A stretch of 64,000 nucleotides of DNA from Candidatus Krumholzibacteriota bacterium (GTDB taxonomy: Bacteria; Krumholzibacteriota; Krumholzibacteriia; JAJRXK01): NCBI GenBank assembly GCA_963806035.1, contig CAWDWO010000037.1:1-64000 (forward strand), written 5' to 3'. The notes below the pieces were generated by a model. That model searched no databases, was not told the DNA's origin, and saw only the letters and a program-made list of their open reading frames with translations. The first letter of the stretch is position 1; each line of letters begins with the position of its first letter. Both the position numbers and the translations under genes were made by a program. Shown here in pieces: positions 29,069 through 41,461 of this stretch.

Positions 29069-31403
29069 TGGGAGGTCATGGTATGCGCGGTCACGGGAAA
29101 ACTTGGTGGGGACTGGGAGCGACGCTGGTCGTTGCATTCACGATCCTCGGATTCTTCGGTCGGGAAGTGTATCGCAAGGCGCCGCCGCTTCCTGAGAAAG
29201 TCGTATCGGAGAGCGGCACGGTGCTCATGACGCGCGCCGACATCCTCGACGGTCAGCAGGTCTGGCAGAGCCTGGGCGGCCAGCAGATGGGTTCGGTCTG
29301 GGGCCACGGCGCGTACCAGGCGCCCGACTGGTCGGCCGATTGGTTGCACCGGGAATGCCTCGCACTGAGCGATACCTGGGCGCAGGCGGAACGGGGACGT
29401 CCCTATACAGCCCTGAGCAACGCCGAGCAGGCGATCTACCGCGATCGACTGACCCGGGAAATGCGGGGCAATACTCTCGACGCGTCCACGGGGACCCTGG
29501 TGCTGAGCAAGGAGCGTGTCGCCGCCATCGCCAAGGTCGGCAGCTCACTACCGCGCGCTCTTCGGCGGGGATCCCGCCCTGCACCAACTGCGCGAAAACT
29601 ATGCGATGCAGGAGGTCGCTCTCAGCGACGCCCATCGGCTCGATACGCTGACCGATTTCTTCTTCTGGACCAGCTGGGCCTGCGCGACCGATCGACCGGG
29701 TAGCAACGTCAGCTACACCAACAACTGGCCGCACGAGGACCTTCTGGACAATCGTCCGACCGGAGCCAACGTGCTGTGGACCATCATCAGCGTGCTTCTG
29801 CTGCTGGCGGGAATCGGCGGCCTCATCTGGTACCGCGCCTTCCACGGCAGCGAGGACGATGCGCCGAAGCGCCCGACTGCGGGATCCTCTGGACGAACTC
29901 AAGCTCACCCCCTCCATGCGCGCGGTGGCGAAGTACCTGGGAGTGGTCGATCGCATTGTTCGGCGTTCAGGTGCTCTTGGGAGCGCTCACCGCCCACTAC
30001 ACCGTGGAAGGCCAGAGCTTCTTCGGCTTGCCTTTGTCGCGCTGGATTCCCTATTCCCTGGCGCGCACCTGGCACATTCAGACCGGCGTGTTCTGGATCG
30101 CCACCGCGTTCCTCTCCGCCGGCCTCTTTCTCGCGCCGGTGATCGGAGGCAAGGAGCCGCGCTTCCAACGACTCGGCGTCAACGTACTCTTCGGCGCGTT
30201 ACTCTTGGTGGTGGCGGGGTCGCTGGCCGGTGAGGCGCTTTCGATTCACCAGAAGTTGAGCCTGAACGCTGGCTTCTGGTTCGGACACCAGGGCTACGAG
30301 TACGTCGATCTCGGCCGCGCCTGGCAAGTTGCCCTCTTCGTGGGTCTGCTTCTTTGGCTCGCCCTCATGTTGCGCGGTCTGTGGCCGGCTCTGCAGCGCC
30401 GGCAGGAGAGCCGCACCCTCATCCTGATGTTCACCGGCGCCAGCGTCGCCATCGGCCTGATGTACGGCGCGGGCTTCCTCTTCGGTGCGCGTACCCATCT
30501 GTCGGTGATGGAATACTGGCGCTGGTGGGTCGTCCACCTCTGGGTGGAGGGCTTCTTCGAGGTCTTCGCGACGGCCGCCCTGGCCTTCGTCTTCGCCAAG
30601 CTGGGACTGGTGAGAGCCGGGCACGCCGGGAAAGCCGTGGTGGCCTCCAGCACCCTCTTTTTGATCGGGGGAATCCCGGGGACCTTCCATCATCTCTACT
30701 TCAGCGGCACGCCGACTTCCATCATGGCCATCGGCGCGAGCTTCAGCGCGCTCGAGGTCGTCCCGCTGGTGCTCATCGGGTTGGAAGCATTTCAGACCTC
30801 GCGCATGCAACGCGCGGCCGGCTGGATGCGCAGGTACCGTTGGCCCCTGCGCTTCTTCGTGGGCGTGTCGTTCTGGAATTTCGTGGGCGCCGGTCTCTTC
30901 GGTTTCCTCATCAACCCGCCCCTGGCTCTGACTACATGCAGGGTCTCAATACCACTCCCGTCCACGCGCACACCGCCCTCTTCGGGGTCTATGGGCTGCT
31001 TTCCTTGGGCCTGGTCCTGCTCATCGCGCGGATCATGGGCGGCAGAGAGAGGCTTTGGAACGAGAAGCCTCTGGCCTACTCCTTCTGGGCCATGAATGGT
31101 CGGATTGGCGCTGATGGTGCTGTTGAGCCTCCTGCCCATCGGACTCGCTCAAACCTGGCGCCAGTGTGGAGCACGGTCTGTGGTACGCCCGCAGCGCCGA
31201 CTTCCTGCAGCTGCCCCTTCTGCAGACCCTGCGCTGGATGCGCATGATCGGCGACACCATCTTTTTGAGCGGTGTCGCCTCTCTGGCCTGGTTCTTTCTG
31301 GGGCTGCTCACCGGACACAGCTATGTGCGCCAGGCCGTGCCGGCCGGCGCCAAGACCGTACCGCTGTGGACCCGGGCTTCGGGGAGCGTCGACTCGGGCG
31401 TAG
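29068..31403 (+). CDS. norB: Quinol-dependent nitric oxide reductase (qNor), several frameshifts, 3' end approximate
   Basis: GSVWGHGAYQAPDW, YTNNWP, HQGYEYVDLGR, RWWVVHLWVEGFFEVF, GTFHHLYF, VHAHTALFGVYG and LRWMRMIGD motifs. Confidence 0.9.
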
Positions 31404-31480
31404 ATGCGAAGAAGGGGTCCGGGGAGTCCCCTCGTCCTCGTGGCGATCGAGGAGCCCTCTCAGCGCGAGAGGGCTTCTTG

Positions 31481-31954
31481 CTAGCCTCTGTTCTCGAAGA
31501 ACCTCAGCAAGATCATCAACTGTCCGAAGTGATACGAATTGTGTTTGATCAGCAGAATGGCCTCACGCAGCAGCGTTTGACCATCTCCGTGCGCGAAGGG
31601 TTCCTGGAGATCCTTCGACTCATCCGCGACGAGCTTCACCATTTTCTCCAGGTCCCTCTGGAAATCGTCGACACTGGCTGACCACTGCGCCTCTCCCTTG
31701 GGCGCCCTTTCCTTCGGCCAGTACCCTTCCGGCCAGGGAGGGGATTCGTAGTTCGGATCGGTGGAGAACTTCAGGATGTCCTCCTGAGCCAATCGCAGAT
31801 GCTCGAGCAACTGCCAGGCGGAGTGATTGAATCCCTCGGGTAGGGTTCCGTAGTGCTCCGGGGGAAAGTCCTGCACGATCTCCTTCAGCATGGGGTGGGC
31901 GTTGGAGGCCTGCAGCATGGTGAGGAGTTGATCGCGCAGCATATCACTCGACAT
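31481..31954 (-). CDS. DinB/YfiT-family protein
   Basis: HSAWQLLEHLR, WPEGYWP and HNSYHFGQ metal-binding His pattern; AAGGAG RBS. Confidence 0.85.
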   Translation of the reverse strand: MSSDMLRDQLLTMLQASNAHPMLKEIVQDFPPEHYGTLPEGFNHSAWQLLEHLRLAQEDILKFSTDPNYESPPWPEGYWPKERAPKGEAQWSASVDDFQRDLEKMVKLVADESKDLQEPFAHGDGQTLLREAILLIKHNSYHFGQLMILLRFFENRG

Positions 31955-32041
31955 GACAAGCTCCTTGGATGCTAGAAATTGCCTTTCAGCATGCCCCAAC
32001 TGCTGCGGGGTGCCGCAACGGGGCTGGCATCTGCCCTCAGT

Positions 32042-34641
32042 CTACTGTGCGTTTTCTACGATGAACAGACTCGAGAGGAGGCGACCATTACGGTAGACAT
32101 AGGACTGTTCGTCATCGGAAATGTAGCTCACGTTGATCGTACAGTACGCCAACCCGATCCGGAGGACCGATTTCGCCGAAGTGAGTGTCGCTCTCCCGTT
32201 TCGAGGTCAACGCGCTCGACGCGGCAGGGAACGCCAGCGCCGTGTTTGACCAGAATCGAGCGATCATCCGCTGACCAACGAATCGGCGCATCGTCCTCGG
32301 TGAGACCCGTAACCGGCTTCGGTTCACCGCCGGAGAGGCGGTAGATGGCATACGCCTTTCCCAAGACGCTCACCAGCAAGTTCTTACCGTCAGTGGACAG
32401 GAATCCCCCCAGGGTACCCGGAGGAGTCACGGGCCTGAGGGTATCCCCGTTCAGATCCACGACGAAAAACTGAGGTGCTTGGCTCGGCAGATTGCCTCCA
32501 AGTACCACCCCTTTCTCATCGGGGAGCCAACGCGCGTTGAAACAGTTCTCGAGCTTTCCCGGTGCGAGCTTCTGGATCTCACCCACTCCGAGAGGGTAGA
32601 TCACCAATTTCGTGGGGGTGGAGGGAATGATCGACAGAACTCGCGTACCATCGCGAGTGATGTCGGCGACCATGCCCTCGCCCAGACGAACGACCGGAGA
32701 CCCGTCGGTCTTCCTGAAGCATGTTGCGTAATTGGTGCCCATGGCGCCACTCATCTCACTGAACACGAGCGTGTTCCCGTCCGGAGTGAGTCCTCCGAGA
32801 CCTGACAAGTCGAGCCAGGAGAGATTCCGATCTCGCTTCCACTGGGGCTTGTGTACCATGAGTTCGGTGCGTTGGTCGTCGCGCGTGACAAGCCAACGGC
32901 CGTCCTTGGCCACGTCCTGGATCGTGAGACCTCCTGCGCTCTGCAACGCGACCCGCCTTTTTCCCTCAGGAGTTATGGCGTAGACGGTGAGATCGTAGCC
33001 GCCGTAGCTGGCCGAGAAGAGAATCTCCGAGCCATCCGCCGTCCAGCTCAAGCCCTCTTCCCCCCAATATCCTTCGGAGAGAACCGTCACCTTGCCCTCT
33101 AGATCGACGAGATTGACCGATCCACGATCATCATAGCGGGCCGGGTGCTGGAAATAGGCGATGAGATCCCCCTTGGGCGAGACGCTCAGATCGCTCATGT
33201 AGCCTGCGGCTCTGCACAGCACCTGCCCCATGGGGTACTCGAGCTGATCCTGGCTTCCCTCGTCGCGAATGACCGCCAACTGCGTGCCGTCGGGAGACCA
33301 ATCCGCCTCGCGTACGTTCTGCGACAGCTCGCGGGGTGCGCCACCTCCCAAAGACACGCGCGCCAAAGTTCCGGAAAAGAGCCGATGACCGATGAACTTC
33401 GCATCGGTGAGGATGGCCAGCTCTCCTTGCGACGAGACCGAGAGCAGTTGCGCTCCCTTCAGTCCGAGGGGTCGGGGCTCGGGGTATTCGGGGCGAATGG
33501 TGTAGAGTTCGGCAACGTTGCCCTCGGGTGCGGCGCTGTAGACCACGCTCGCGCCATCGGGAGCAAACAGGGCGCGAAAGATAGCGCCGGTCCGATACGC
33601 AAGCTGATGGAATTCGTGAGGGCCGCGCACGTTCTCTTTCTTGTGGAGAGAACTGAGGAGGAGCAGGCCCGAAAGAGCTGTCAAAAGAACCACGAGCGCC
33701 CACGGCAACCATGGTCGAGTCCGCTTGGGCTTTACAGATGGCGTGTCTGCCGTTGCCCGCGAGTCTGCTTCGCCAATCCAAGCCAATTCCGCGGCGAGGT
33801 CGCGTGAACTCTGCCAGCGATCTTCAGGATCCTTGGCGAGACAGCGATGGACGACACGGTCGAGGGTCGCGGGGGCGAGTGGAACGAGACTGGCGATGGC
33901 TGGCGGCTCATGCTCCAAGACAGAGGCGATCAAAGAAGCCTGACTTCTGCCCTGAAATGCGTTCTTTCCCGTCGCCATTTCGTAGAGCACGCAACCCAAG
34001 GACCAGATGTCGCTGCGCGTGTCGGCCTCGTGTCCTTCGAGTTGCTCGGGAGACATGTATTGAAAGGTGCCGACGAGGGTGCCCTCGGCGGTCAAGGGGG
34101 CCGCGATGGTGGGGGAGTGAGCGAGCTCGGTGGGCGAGGCCCCATCCTCGGAAGGGCCCCTCAGTCCGCTGGAGCGGGCCAGCCCGAAGTCCATGAGCTT
34201 CGCGCCGCTGCGCGTGAGCATGATGTTGCCCGGTTTCAGATCGCGATGTACGACCCCGGCTCGATGCGCGCGATCCAACGCATCCGCGATCTGCGATCCG
34301 AGGCGAAGCACGTCGGGCACGGGGAGAGCGCCGCGAGCAAGGCGTTGGGCCAGCGTCTCGCCCTCGATGAGTTCCATCACCAGATAATCGGTGTCGCCTT
34401 CCCGTCCGACATCGAAGAGGGTGCAGATGTGCGGATGGTTGAGCCCCGATACCGTCTTGGCCTCGCGCTCGAAGCGAGCGCGAATCTCGGCCGTCGAGGA
34501 AAGGTGCTCCGGGAGCACCTTGACCGCGACCTCGCGTCCCAGACGGGTGTCGCGCGCGCGGTAGACCTCACCCATGCCCCCCGCGCCGAGGGGGGAGATG
34601 ATTTCGTAGGGGCCGAGTTTGGTGCCGGGGTCGAAGCTCAT
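32042..34641 (-). CDS. Ser/Thr protein kinase with TM helix and TolB/PD40-like beta-propeller, frameshifts near 3' end
   Basis: LGAGGMGEVY, HRDLKPGN, DFGLA and YMSPE; WSPDG-type repeats; other frames extend to SLFIVENAQ and a stop at 32042. Confidence 0.9.
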
Positions 34642-34749
34642 GGGGCGGGATCTTAGCAGTACAAGCCCGGCGCGGCCTAGTCTTCACTTCGATGGGCAAA
34701 AGAAGAGCCGATTCTCCCTTCGCGTCATGCGGGTGGATTGGGCTCGCGT

Positions 34750-35754
34750 TCAGTGAATGTCATCCCACTGCACGTCGAAGCTGAACGGCGCGCCGCTGTC
34801 GGTCTGCCCGGTGATCGTGAAGCTACCGTTCCCGTTTGCCGTCACGCTGAAGTGAGAGTCGTTCGCGTCCACGCCTCCCGACGGAATCCCAAGGGCGGAG
34901 CAGGGTGTCGCGAAAGATTCGGCCCAAAACTCGACCTGCCCGGAGATCGGCACCCCGTTTCCATCGAAGACGAGCATGGGCAGGCCATAGGCACCCAGGC
35001 TCATCACACCCTGTCCCGGTACCTGGAACACCACAAGCGGCTCGCTCAAACGGAACGAGCTATAGCCGGGGTCGACGATATAATAGAGCTCGAAGCAACC
35101 GATCGTGAAGAGCTGAACTCCGTCCAGCGTCACGCTCAATTGCGAGGCGCTATCGGTCTGCTCAGCGACCATGTCCTGAACCACGATTTGTGAAACAGGA
35201 TCTCCTTCGGCGGTAATGGCGCAGGCATAGTGGCCCGTGATGTGGGTCGTGTGCGTTTGCTGGTTTTCGATCTCATTGATCGTGAGATCGACGGTGACAT
35301 CCAGAAGAACACTGGGCCCAGTGATTGAAAGCACGACGAGGGTCAGGGTTCCTCGAGAGATGTCATCACAATCCGTGGCGGTGAGCTCAATGCTATCACC
35401 CACGGATAAAACGCCGTCGCCGTCGCTGTCATTCCACACGCCGTGCGATTGGCCCGTGTCGCAGAGGCCAAGGTCACCTAAATCAACTTGGCCGAGCGCT
35501 GAGATTCGCTTCTGATTGCTCGCAGCGTCAACCGCGGCCAAAAGAACGCCCTTGGCGCGATTGACGGAAATCGTGAGATCGAGCACCGATGCGAAATAGC
35601 TCAGTGCGTAGGGTGCGTTGTTGCTCGTGAAGTAGACGCCGTGCATGCCATCCCCTCCACCCGTGACATCATCGTCACCACCACAGCCAGCACCGAGAAA
35701 GAGGGAGGAGATCACCAGAGCCAAGGACAAGACGAGCGCCAGGACAGTCTTCAT
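34750..35754 (-). CDS. Hypothetical lipoprotein
   Basis: MKTVLAL...LGAG-C lipobox; AGGAGG RBS. Confidence 0.75.
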   Translation of the reverse strand: MKTVLALVLSLALVISSLFLGAGCGGDDDVTGGGDGMHGVYFTSNNAPYALSYFASVLDLTISVNRAKGVLLAAVDAASNQKRISALGQVDLGDLGLCDTGQSHGVWNDSDGDGVLSVGDSIELTATDCDDISRGTLTLVVLSITGPSVLLDVTVDLTINEIENQQTHTTHITGHYACAITAEGDPVSQIVVQDMVAEQTDSASQLSVTLDGVQLFTIGCFELYYIVDPGYSSFRLSEPLVVFQVPGQGVMSLGAYGLPMLVFDGNGVPISGQVEFWAESFATPCSALGIPSGGVDANDSHFSVTANGNGSFTITGQTDSGAPFSFDVQWDDIH

Positions 35755-36056
35755 CTCGATCCTCCTGAATTTGTCGAAATCTCATCGCTTGGTGGCGTGG
35801 TCGCGATGAGCGAAGTCAGTCTAGCACAGGCATGCTCGGCAGGGCCTGCGGAAACGGGTGGAATGAAGTCGAATTGGTTCTCGAGATGGATGGGGGAATC
35901 AGCGCCCGCCGCTTGCGATCAAGCGTTTGTTTGGCGATGAGTGGATGCGGCGTAGCGAGCGCCTCGGCGGCCGTTAGATTGACGGGCTCGGATTCAGGAC
36001 GCTAAGCTTCGGATAACTGCGAGTCCTCTCTTCTCATTCCAATGGCGGTTGGACCA

Positions 36057-38419
36057 ATGAAACACACTCATTCATCGGTATTTCCCACACTCGTCCTCGC
36101 TTTCTTGTCATCGCTGGCGCTCCTCCTCACTTGCTCTGCCCGTGGTGCATGTGCTGATACCATCCGCGTCGCGAAAGATGGTTCTGGTGACTACTCGACT
36201 CTGCACGAGGCGATTGTGTCCTCGAGCGAGGGTGATCGGATTGAAGTGGGCCCGGGCACCTACAGCGAGACCGGAGTGGCGGAAGCCGGGGTTCAGGTGA
36301 CCCACAGTCTGGAAATCGTCGCGACATCAGGACCCGAGGATACGATCATCGACGGTGAGAACCTTCGGCGCGGATTCTTCGTCAGAGGCGTGCAGACAAG
36401 CCTCATGCGTGGCTTTTCTTTTCTCCATTGCTACCACAATGACATCGGTTCGGCGATTACGGTCACCGAAGGCGCGCAGCTCGAGGTTGAAGGTTGTTCC
36501 TTCGAGCACAACATGGCGGGCTATCAGGGAGGTGCGGTTCACGTCCGACAATCAGGATCGAGTTTGCAGATCGTCAATTCCCGATTCAGTGAGAATACCT
36601 CCTACATAGGAGGAGCAGGTACCTCGATTCAGGGGGGAGCCTCATCTTCGAGGATTGCCTGTTTGAAAAGAACGTGGGCACCGAGGCCTATGGCACGCTC
36701 GCGACGAATGCGGCGTACCTCGGTGTCACGGGGTGCACCTTCATCGAAAACAGCGGTCCGAGCGGCACCTGCGTCAACTACTACGAGGCGGACGGCGAGG
36801 TTCTGGAAAATACCTTCTACGAAAATTCGGTCGGGATCGCGAGCGTGAGGGTCGATGCGCCGACCAAGAGAATCCCGGTGGCTCGAAACATCTTCTACGG
36901 TGAGCAGCAAGGCTACGGCTTGGTGGAATATGGTGGGGTGGACGCAAGCTGCAATCTCTACTACCAGAATGCGAAGGGCGATCATTATCCGGCCCTGGGA
37001 TTGGGCGAAATCACGGCGGATCCCCTGTTTTGCGACCCCTCTCAGGGGAATTTTGCCGTTAGTACGGATTCGCCGGCAGCCCCCTCCAACAACTCTTGCG
37101 CTGAGCAAATTGGTGCGGTTGGCACCGGGTGCGAAGCGCCAAGGCCTGAACTGATCATGTCAGCAGATACTGCGGGAGGAATGTATGGGGAAGAAGTCGC
37201 GACCACGGTGAGCCTGCGTTTGGCCGATGCAAATGCGCCCGTCGTATCCTCGATTGGAGGTCTGGACTTCGTACTGCTGTGGAACCCCATCATCGCCACC
37301 TTCGTCAGGATTGAATCCACGGACGAAACGGCAAATTGGCAGATTGCCAGCGACGACACCCATGTCTCCCATGGTGAGCTTCACGTCTCCATGGCTGGTC
37401 TCGATGGTTTCGACGTGGGTCCAGAGAAAGTGGGTGCTTTACGGGTAGTCTTCGAGTTTGCCTCGGATGGAGGCTATACCTCGCTGGATCTGACGCAGAC
37501 AAAAGTTTTCACGACCGAGCCCGCGCCCGTTTCTCACAGAACCGAGGCGGGTACGCTTACGGAAGGTTGTGAGAAGGGTGATGTCTATCCGGACGGCGAG
37601 ATCGACTCGGCCGACGCAATCTTGGCATTGAAGATCGCAGTCGAACTGATTCAGCCGACGATAACCCAGTTTTGTGCCGCCGACATGAACAATGACGGAG
37701 AAGTCAATGTCGCCGATGTCGTGTTGATCCTCCAGGCTGCCGTTGGTTCAGCCAAGATGGAGTCCGCGAAATCGAGCGTACTTGCGGCCAGTGTCGAATT
37801 GAATCCGAGTTCGGAGGGTGCGACGCTGAATCTCTCGGGGATTGCCGGCCTCGATGCCGAGTTGACCTACGATCCGAGCAAGATCCACTTTGTCGCCGCT
37901 AGCTCTCAAAATGGGCTCGTGATCGTCAATGATGAGCAGGAAGGCCTGATCCATGCAGCCTACGCGGCAAGCTCCGAGAATGACGCTACCATCGATCTGC
38001 AGTTCGAATCCCTGAATGGGGGAGGGCTTCTCACGCTTCAGCAGGTTTGGGCTTGCGATCTCGAAGGACAGAGTGCGGGTCTGAGCAGCGGTGAGCAGAG
38101 CGTGTTCGTTTCGTCGGCCGCGACCTCCACTCCAAGTAGCTCTCGGAAGGCACAGCTACTGGGCATCTATCCCAATCCCTTCAACCCGCAGACGGTCATC
38201 AAATTCCGTCTCGATGCGCATCGATCCGATCTGAGCATCTTTGACGCAGCGGGGCACCACGTAAGAAGCTTTGACCTGTCGAATCTGGGAGTTGGTGAGC
38301 ACAGCATTCGCTGGTCAGGACGAGATGACGCGGGGCACACGGTTTCCAGTGGCGTATACTACCTCAGACTGCTGACTTCTCAGGGTTCAGAAGTTCTCAG
38401 GGCAGTGCTTCTGAAGTAG
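36057..38419 (+). CDS. Secreted parallel beta-helix protein with cohesin-like, dockerin and FlgD-Ig domains, frameshift near 36640
   Basis: DGSGDYSTLHEAI...VGPGTY; repeated F.EN/GGA; duplicated dockerin GDVYPDGEIDSADA / ADMNNDGEVNVADV; LTYDP cohesin-like strand; IYPNPFNPQT tail. Confidence 0.8.
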
Positions 38420-38446
38420 GCAATCTGAAAAGAGAGACTCATGCAA

Positions 38447-38471
38447 AGGGGCTCCCACTTTGGGAGCCCCT
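38447..38471. terminator. Hairpin terminator between convergent genes
   Basis: AGGGGCTCCCA-CTT-TGGGAGCCCCT, an 11-bp perfect stem. Confidence 0.7.
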
Positions 38472-38497
38472 CGTTGCGATGGAGACCGGCCTTCGAC

Positions 38498-41291
38498 TCA
38501 GCGATACCCGAAGAGCACCGAGTAGAGAATGAGACCGATGAGAATCGTGCCCAGTGTGAGCGCGGTGAAGCCGATGATTTTCACCACCAGCATGCGCCGG
38601 CGCGAGATGCTGGTGGTCTCCACGTAGCGCTTCAAGCCACCCAAGTCCTTCAGATCCGACACCGCCCGTGGACGATCCTTCTTGTACTCCTCGTAGGGTA
38701 CGACGCCAGTGAAGATCACCGTGTCCATGGGGAAGGCCTCGGGCCGCAGATGGGTGTTGAAGAAGTGGATGGTGAAGATGAAGCCCACTGCCAGGAGCGC
38801 TTCGTCGCTGTGGATGATCGTGGCGACGTTGATGAGCCAGCCGGGCAGGAACTTGGTGAATACTTCGGGCAACCAGAGCATCAGACCGGAGAGACCGATC
38901 ACTGCGATCCCCCAGAATACCGCCAGGTAGTCGAACTTCTCCCAGTAGGTCCAGCGTCCGTATTCAGGCCGCGGGCCCTTACCCCAGAACCACTTGATCG
39001 AGGCGATGAACTCCCGGAAGTCGCGCATGTTGAACATGAGCGAGTTCGGTCCGAAGATGAGATCCTTCAGCGAGACCTTGCGCTTTTTCTTGAAGAGCGC
39101 GAGCGAGATCAAGTGGAAGATGAAGTAGCCGAAGGTGACGATCGCCGCGCCGCGGTGGATCAATCCCGCATTGCGCACCCCACCGAGCATTGCAGCGAGT
39201 TTGGCCGCCCAGGGCATGCCGGAGAACTTCAGCATCATCCCGGTGAGCGCGAGGGTCAAGAAACTGAGAATCACGAAGATGTGCGTGTACTGCTGCGGCT
39301 TGGTGAAGCGGCGTACGTAGTGGCGAGTCCTGCCCTCTTCCGCCGCCCTGCGTTTGCGCTCCCTGAGGTTCTTGAACGAGCGAGGGAGCCACATCAGGGT
39401 GTGGATGCCGAAGAAGGTGAATACCCCTACCAGCAGCAGAGTCATGGCCCAGTAGGTGTAGTACAGCACCGGATAGCGCACGGGATCGTGGTGGGTGGCG
39501 TGCGTCAGATAACCGGTGAAGCGACGGTTGGCGTCTTCGTGACACTTCTGACAGGTGGTGACGATGTTGCGGAACGCCACCGAGGACTCGGGATCGTTGA
39601 CGGACAGAAGTCAGATGCGCGCCGTGACAGTCGGAGCACTTCGCCGACTGCAAGAAGCCCAACTGATAGGCTTTCCCGTGCATCGTCTCCAGATAGGACT
39701 TGGCCAGTTCCGTGTGGCAGGAGCCGCACTGACCCGTCACCTGCTTCATGAACTCATCCTGCTCGGTCGGCTCGATCCGATGGGAGGAGTGACAGCGAGC
39801 GCAGGTCGGGACTTTCTTCTCGTCCTTGGGGTCGTTGGAGTAGTGGATGCTCTTGATGAAGTCCTTGTAGATGCCTCGATGGCAATTCGCGCAGGTCGCG
39901 GGCAGGTTCCGCGGGTACACTTTCGAGCGATTGTCCGACGAGGGGAGAATCAAGTGAGATCCGTGGCAGTCGATGCAGATCGCGCTGGGTAGAAGCCCCT
40001 TTTCGGTCAGCGCGCGTCCGTGAACGCTCTGGGAATAGTCGTTGTAGGCGCTTTTCTCCTTGAGGTCGGCGGCAGCATTGGCCGCGCCACCCTTGGTGTG
40101 GCACTTCCCACAGAGGCTCGGGACGTTGGAGCGGAAGGTCAACGAGCGCTCATCGCTGTGACGGTACGCGTTGTGAGTTCCGTGGCAGTCGGTGCAGTAC
40201 GGCGCCTCCGTGACTCCCTTCATCCAATCCTTGCCGTGGCCGCTCTCGAAATACTCCTCGGAGATCTTCGAGTGACACGCCGAGCAATCCACTCTACCCG
40301 AAGGCTCACAGGGCCGATCGAGACGCGGATCGATGTCGGAGTGGCACTTCACACAGGGGATCGTGGTGTGGGCCGAGTCCTTCAACACGCTCTCATCCAC
40401 GTACATGGAGAGCGTGTCACCTTCCGCCGAGACGGCGTGAAGCTTGGAATCCGAATGGCAGTGCAAGCACTCTCGATCGGAGACCGTCATGGCCACCGTC
40501 TCTTTGCGCGTGCGATGGGGACGGTGGCAGTCGGTGCAGGAGGGAATGGCGCCCGGCTTCTCCTCCCAGAGCTCGCCGCGGATGACCTTGGCGTGCACCT
40601 GCTCGATTTGCGCATGACACTTCATGCAGGTCTGAGCGATGTGGCGCGGCGAGATGCTGGCCCGCGGATCGGTGTGCGGGAGGATCTTGTGGCTGCCGTG
40701 GCAGTCGTTGCAAGTCGCGGCGACGATGAGCCCCTTCTTGAAGAGCCCCTCGCCGTGGATGCTCTGGCTGTAGTTCTCCAGGATGTTCTTCTGACCAATC
40801 TTGTAGGTGCTCGCCACGGGCGCGCCCTCTCTGTGGCAGCGGCCGCAGGTGAGCGGGATGTTGGTCTTGTACACCTTGGACTTGGGATCGTTGGGCCGCC
40901 GGATGTCGTGGATGCCATGACAGTCGGGGCAGTCGGGCGCGTAAGGTAGGCCTCCGGTGAGAGCCTGCCCGTGAATGCTCGAATCGAAGTCGAGCTGTTC
41001 GTCGTCGTGGCAGTTTCCGCAACGGACCTTGGCCAGGCGCTCGGGATGATCCTCGCTGGCATCCTCGTGGCAATCCGTGCAGGAAAGATCGCCGTGCACC
41101 GAGGCGCTGAAGACCTTCGGATTCACGTAGAGCGAGAAGCTCGCACCGTGCCGTTCGGTCGAGAACTCGGGGTCGTCGTGGCACATGAAGCAGGTCTCGT
41201 TGTCCGTCTGGGCGCTTGAGATCCGCGGCAGCCCGAGGGCCCCGAGCACGACAATTCCCAGGAGGAGGATTCGTGCAAATCCTCGGTTCAT
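38498..41291 (-). CDS. Multiheme cytochrome c (19 CxxCH) fused to a C-terminal cytochrome b domain (CbcL-like), frameshift near 39610
   Basis: Signal peptide; 18 CxxCH in ORF 38979-41450 plus CQKCH in ORF 38498-39580; cytochrome b helices with IHR, YWEKFDY, IHSDEA and IHFFNTH. Confidence 0.88.
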
Positions 41292-41461
41292 GTGACCACT
41301 CCGGCGGAAACGGGGGAATCCGAACGAAAGATCGATAACTGGGTCGAAAACTTGTGATTTGCGAGGCCCTGTCAAGGTGAAGTGGACAGAGTCCGACCCC
41401 GGGAGGGACACTGACGGGGCGCTGAAAAAGGTGAGGTATTTGACCCCCACGGGGAGGAAGC

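Noticed and set aside
29068..31403. Possible NO dismutase (Nod)
   Set aside because: The active-site motifs HLWVEG, HH and SALEV are canonical qNor.
31404..31681. qNor C-terminal extension overlapping dinB by 200 nt
   Set aside because: Probably read-through caused by an indel; a TAG lies at 31401-31403 in another frame.
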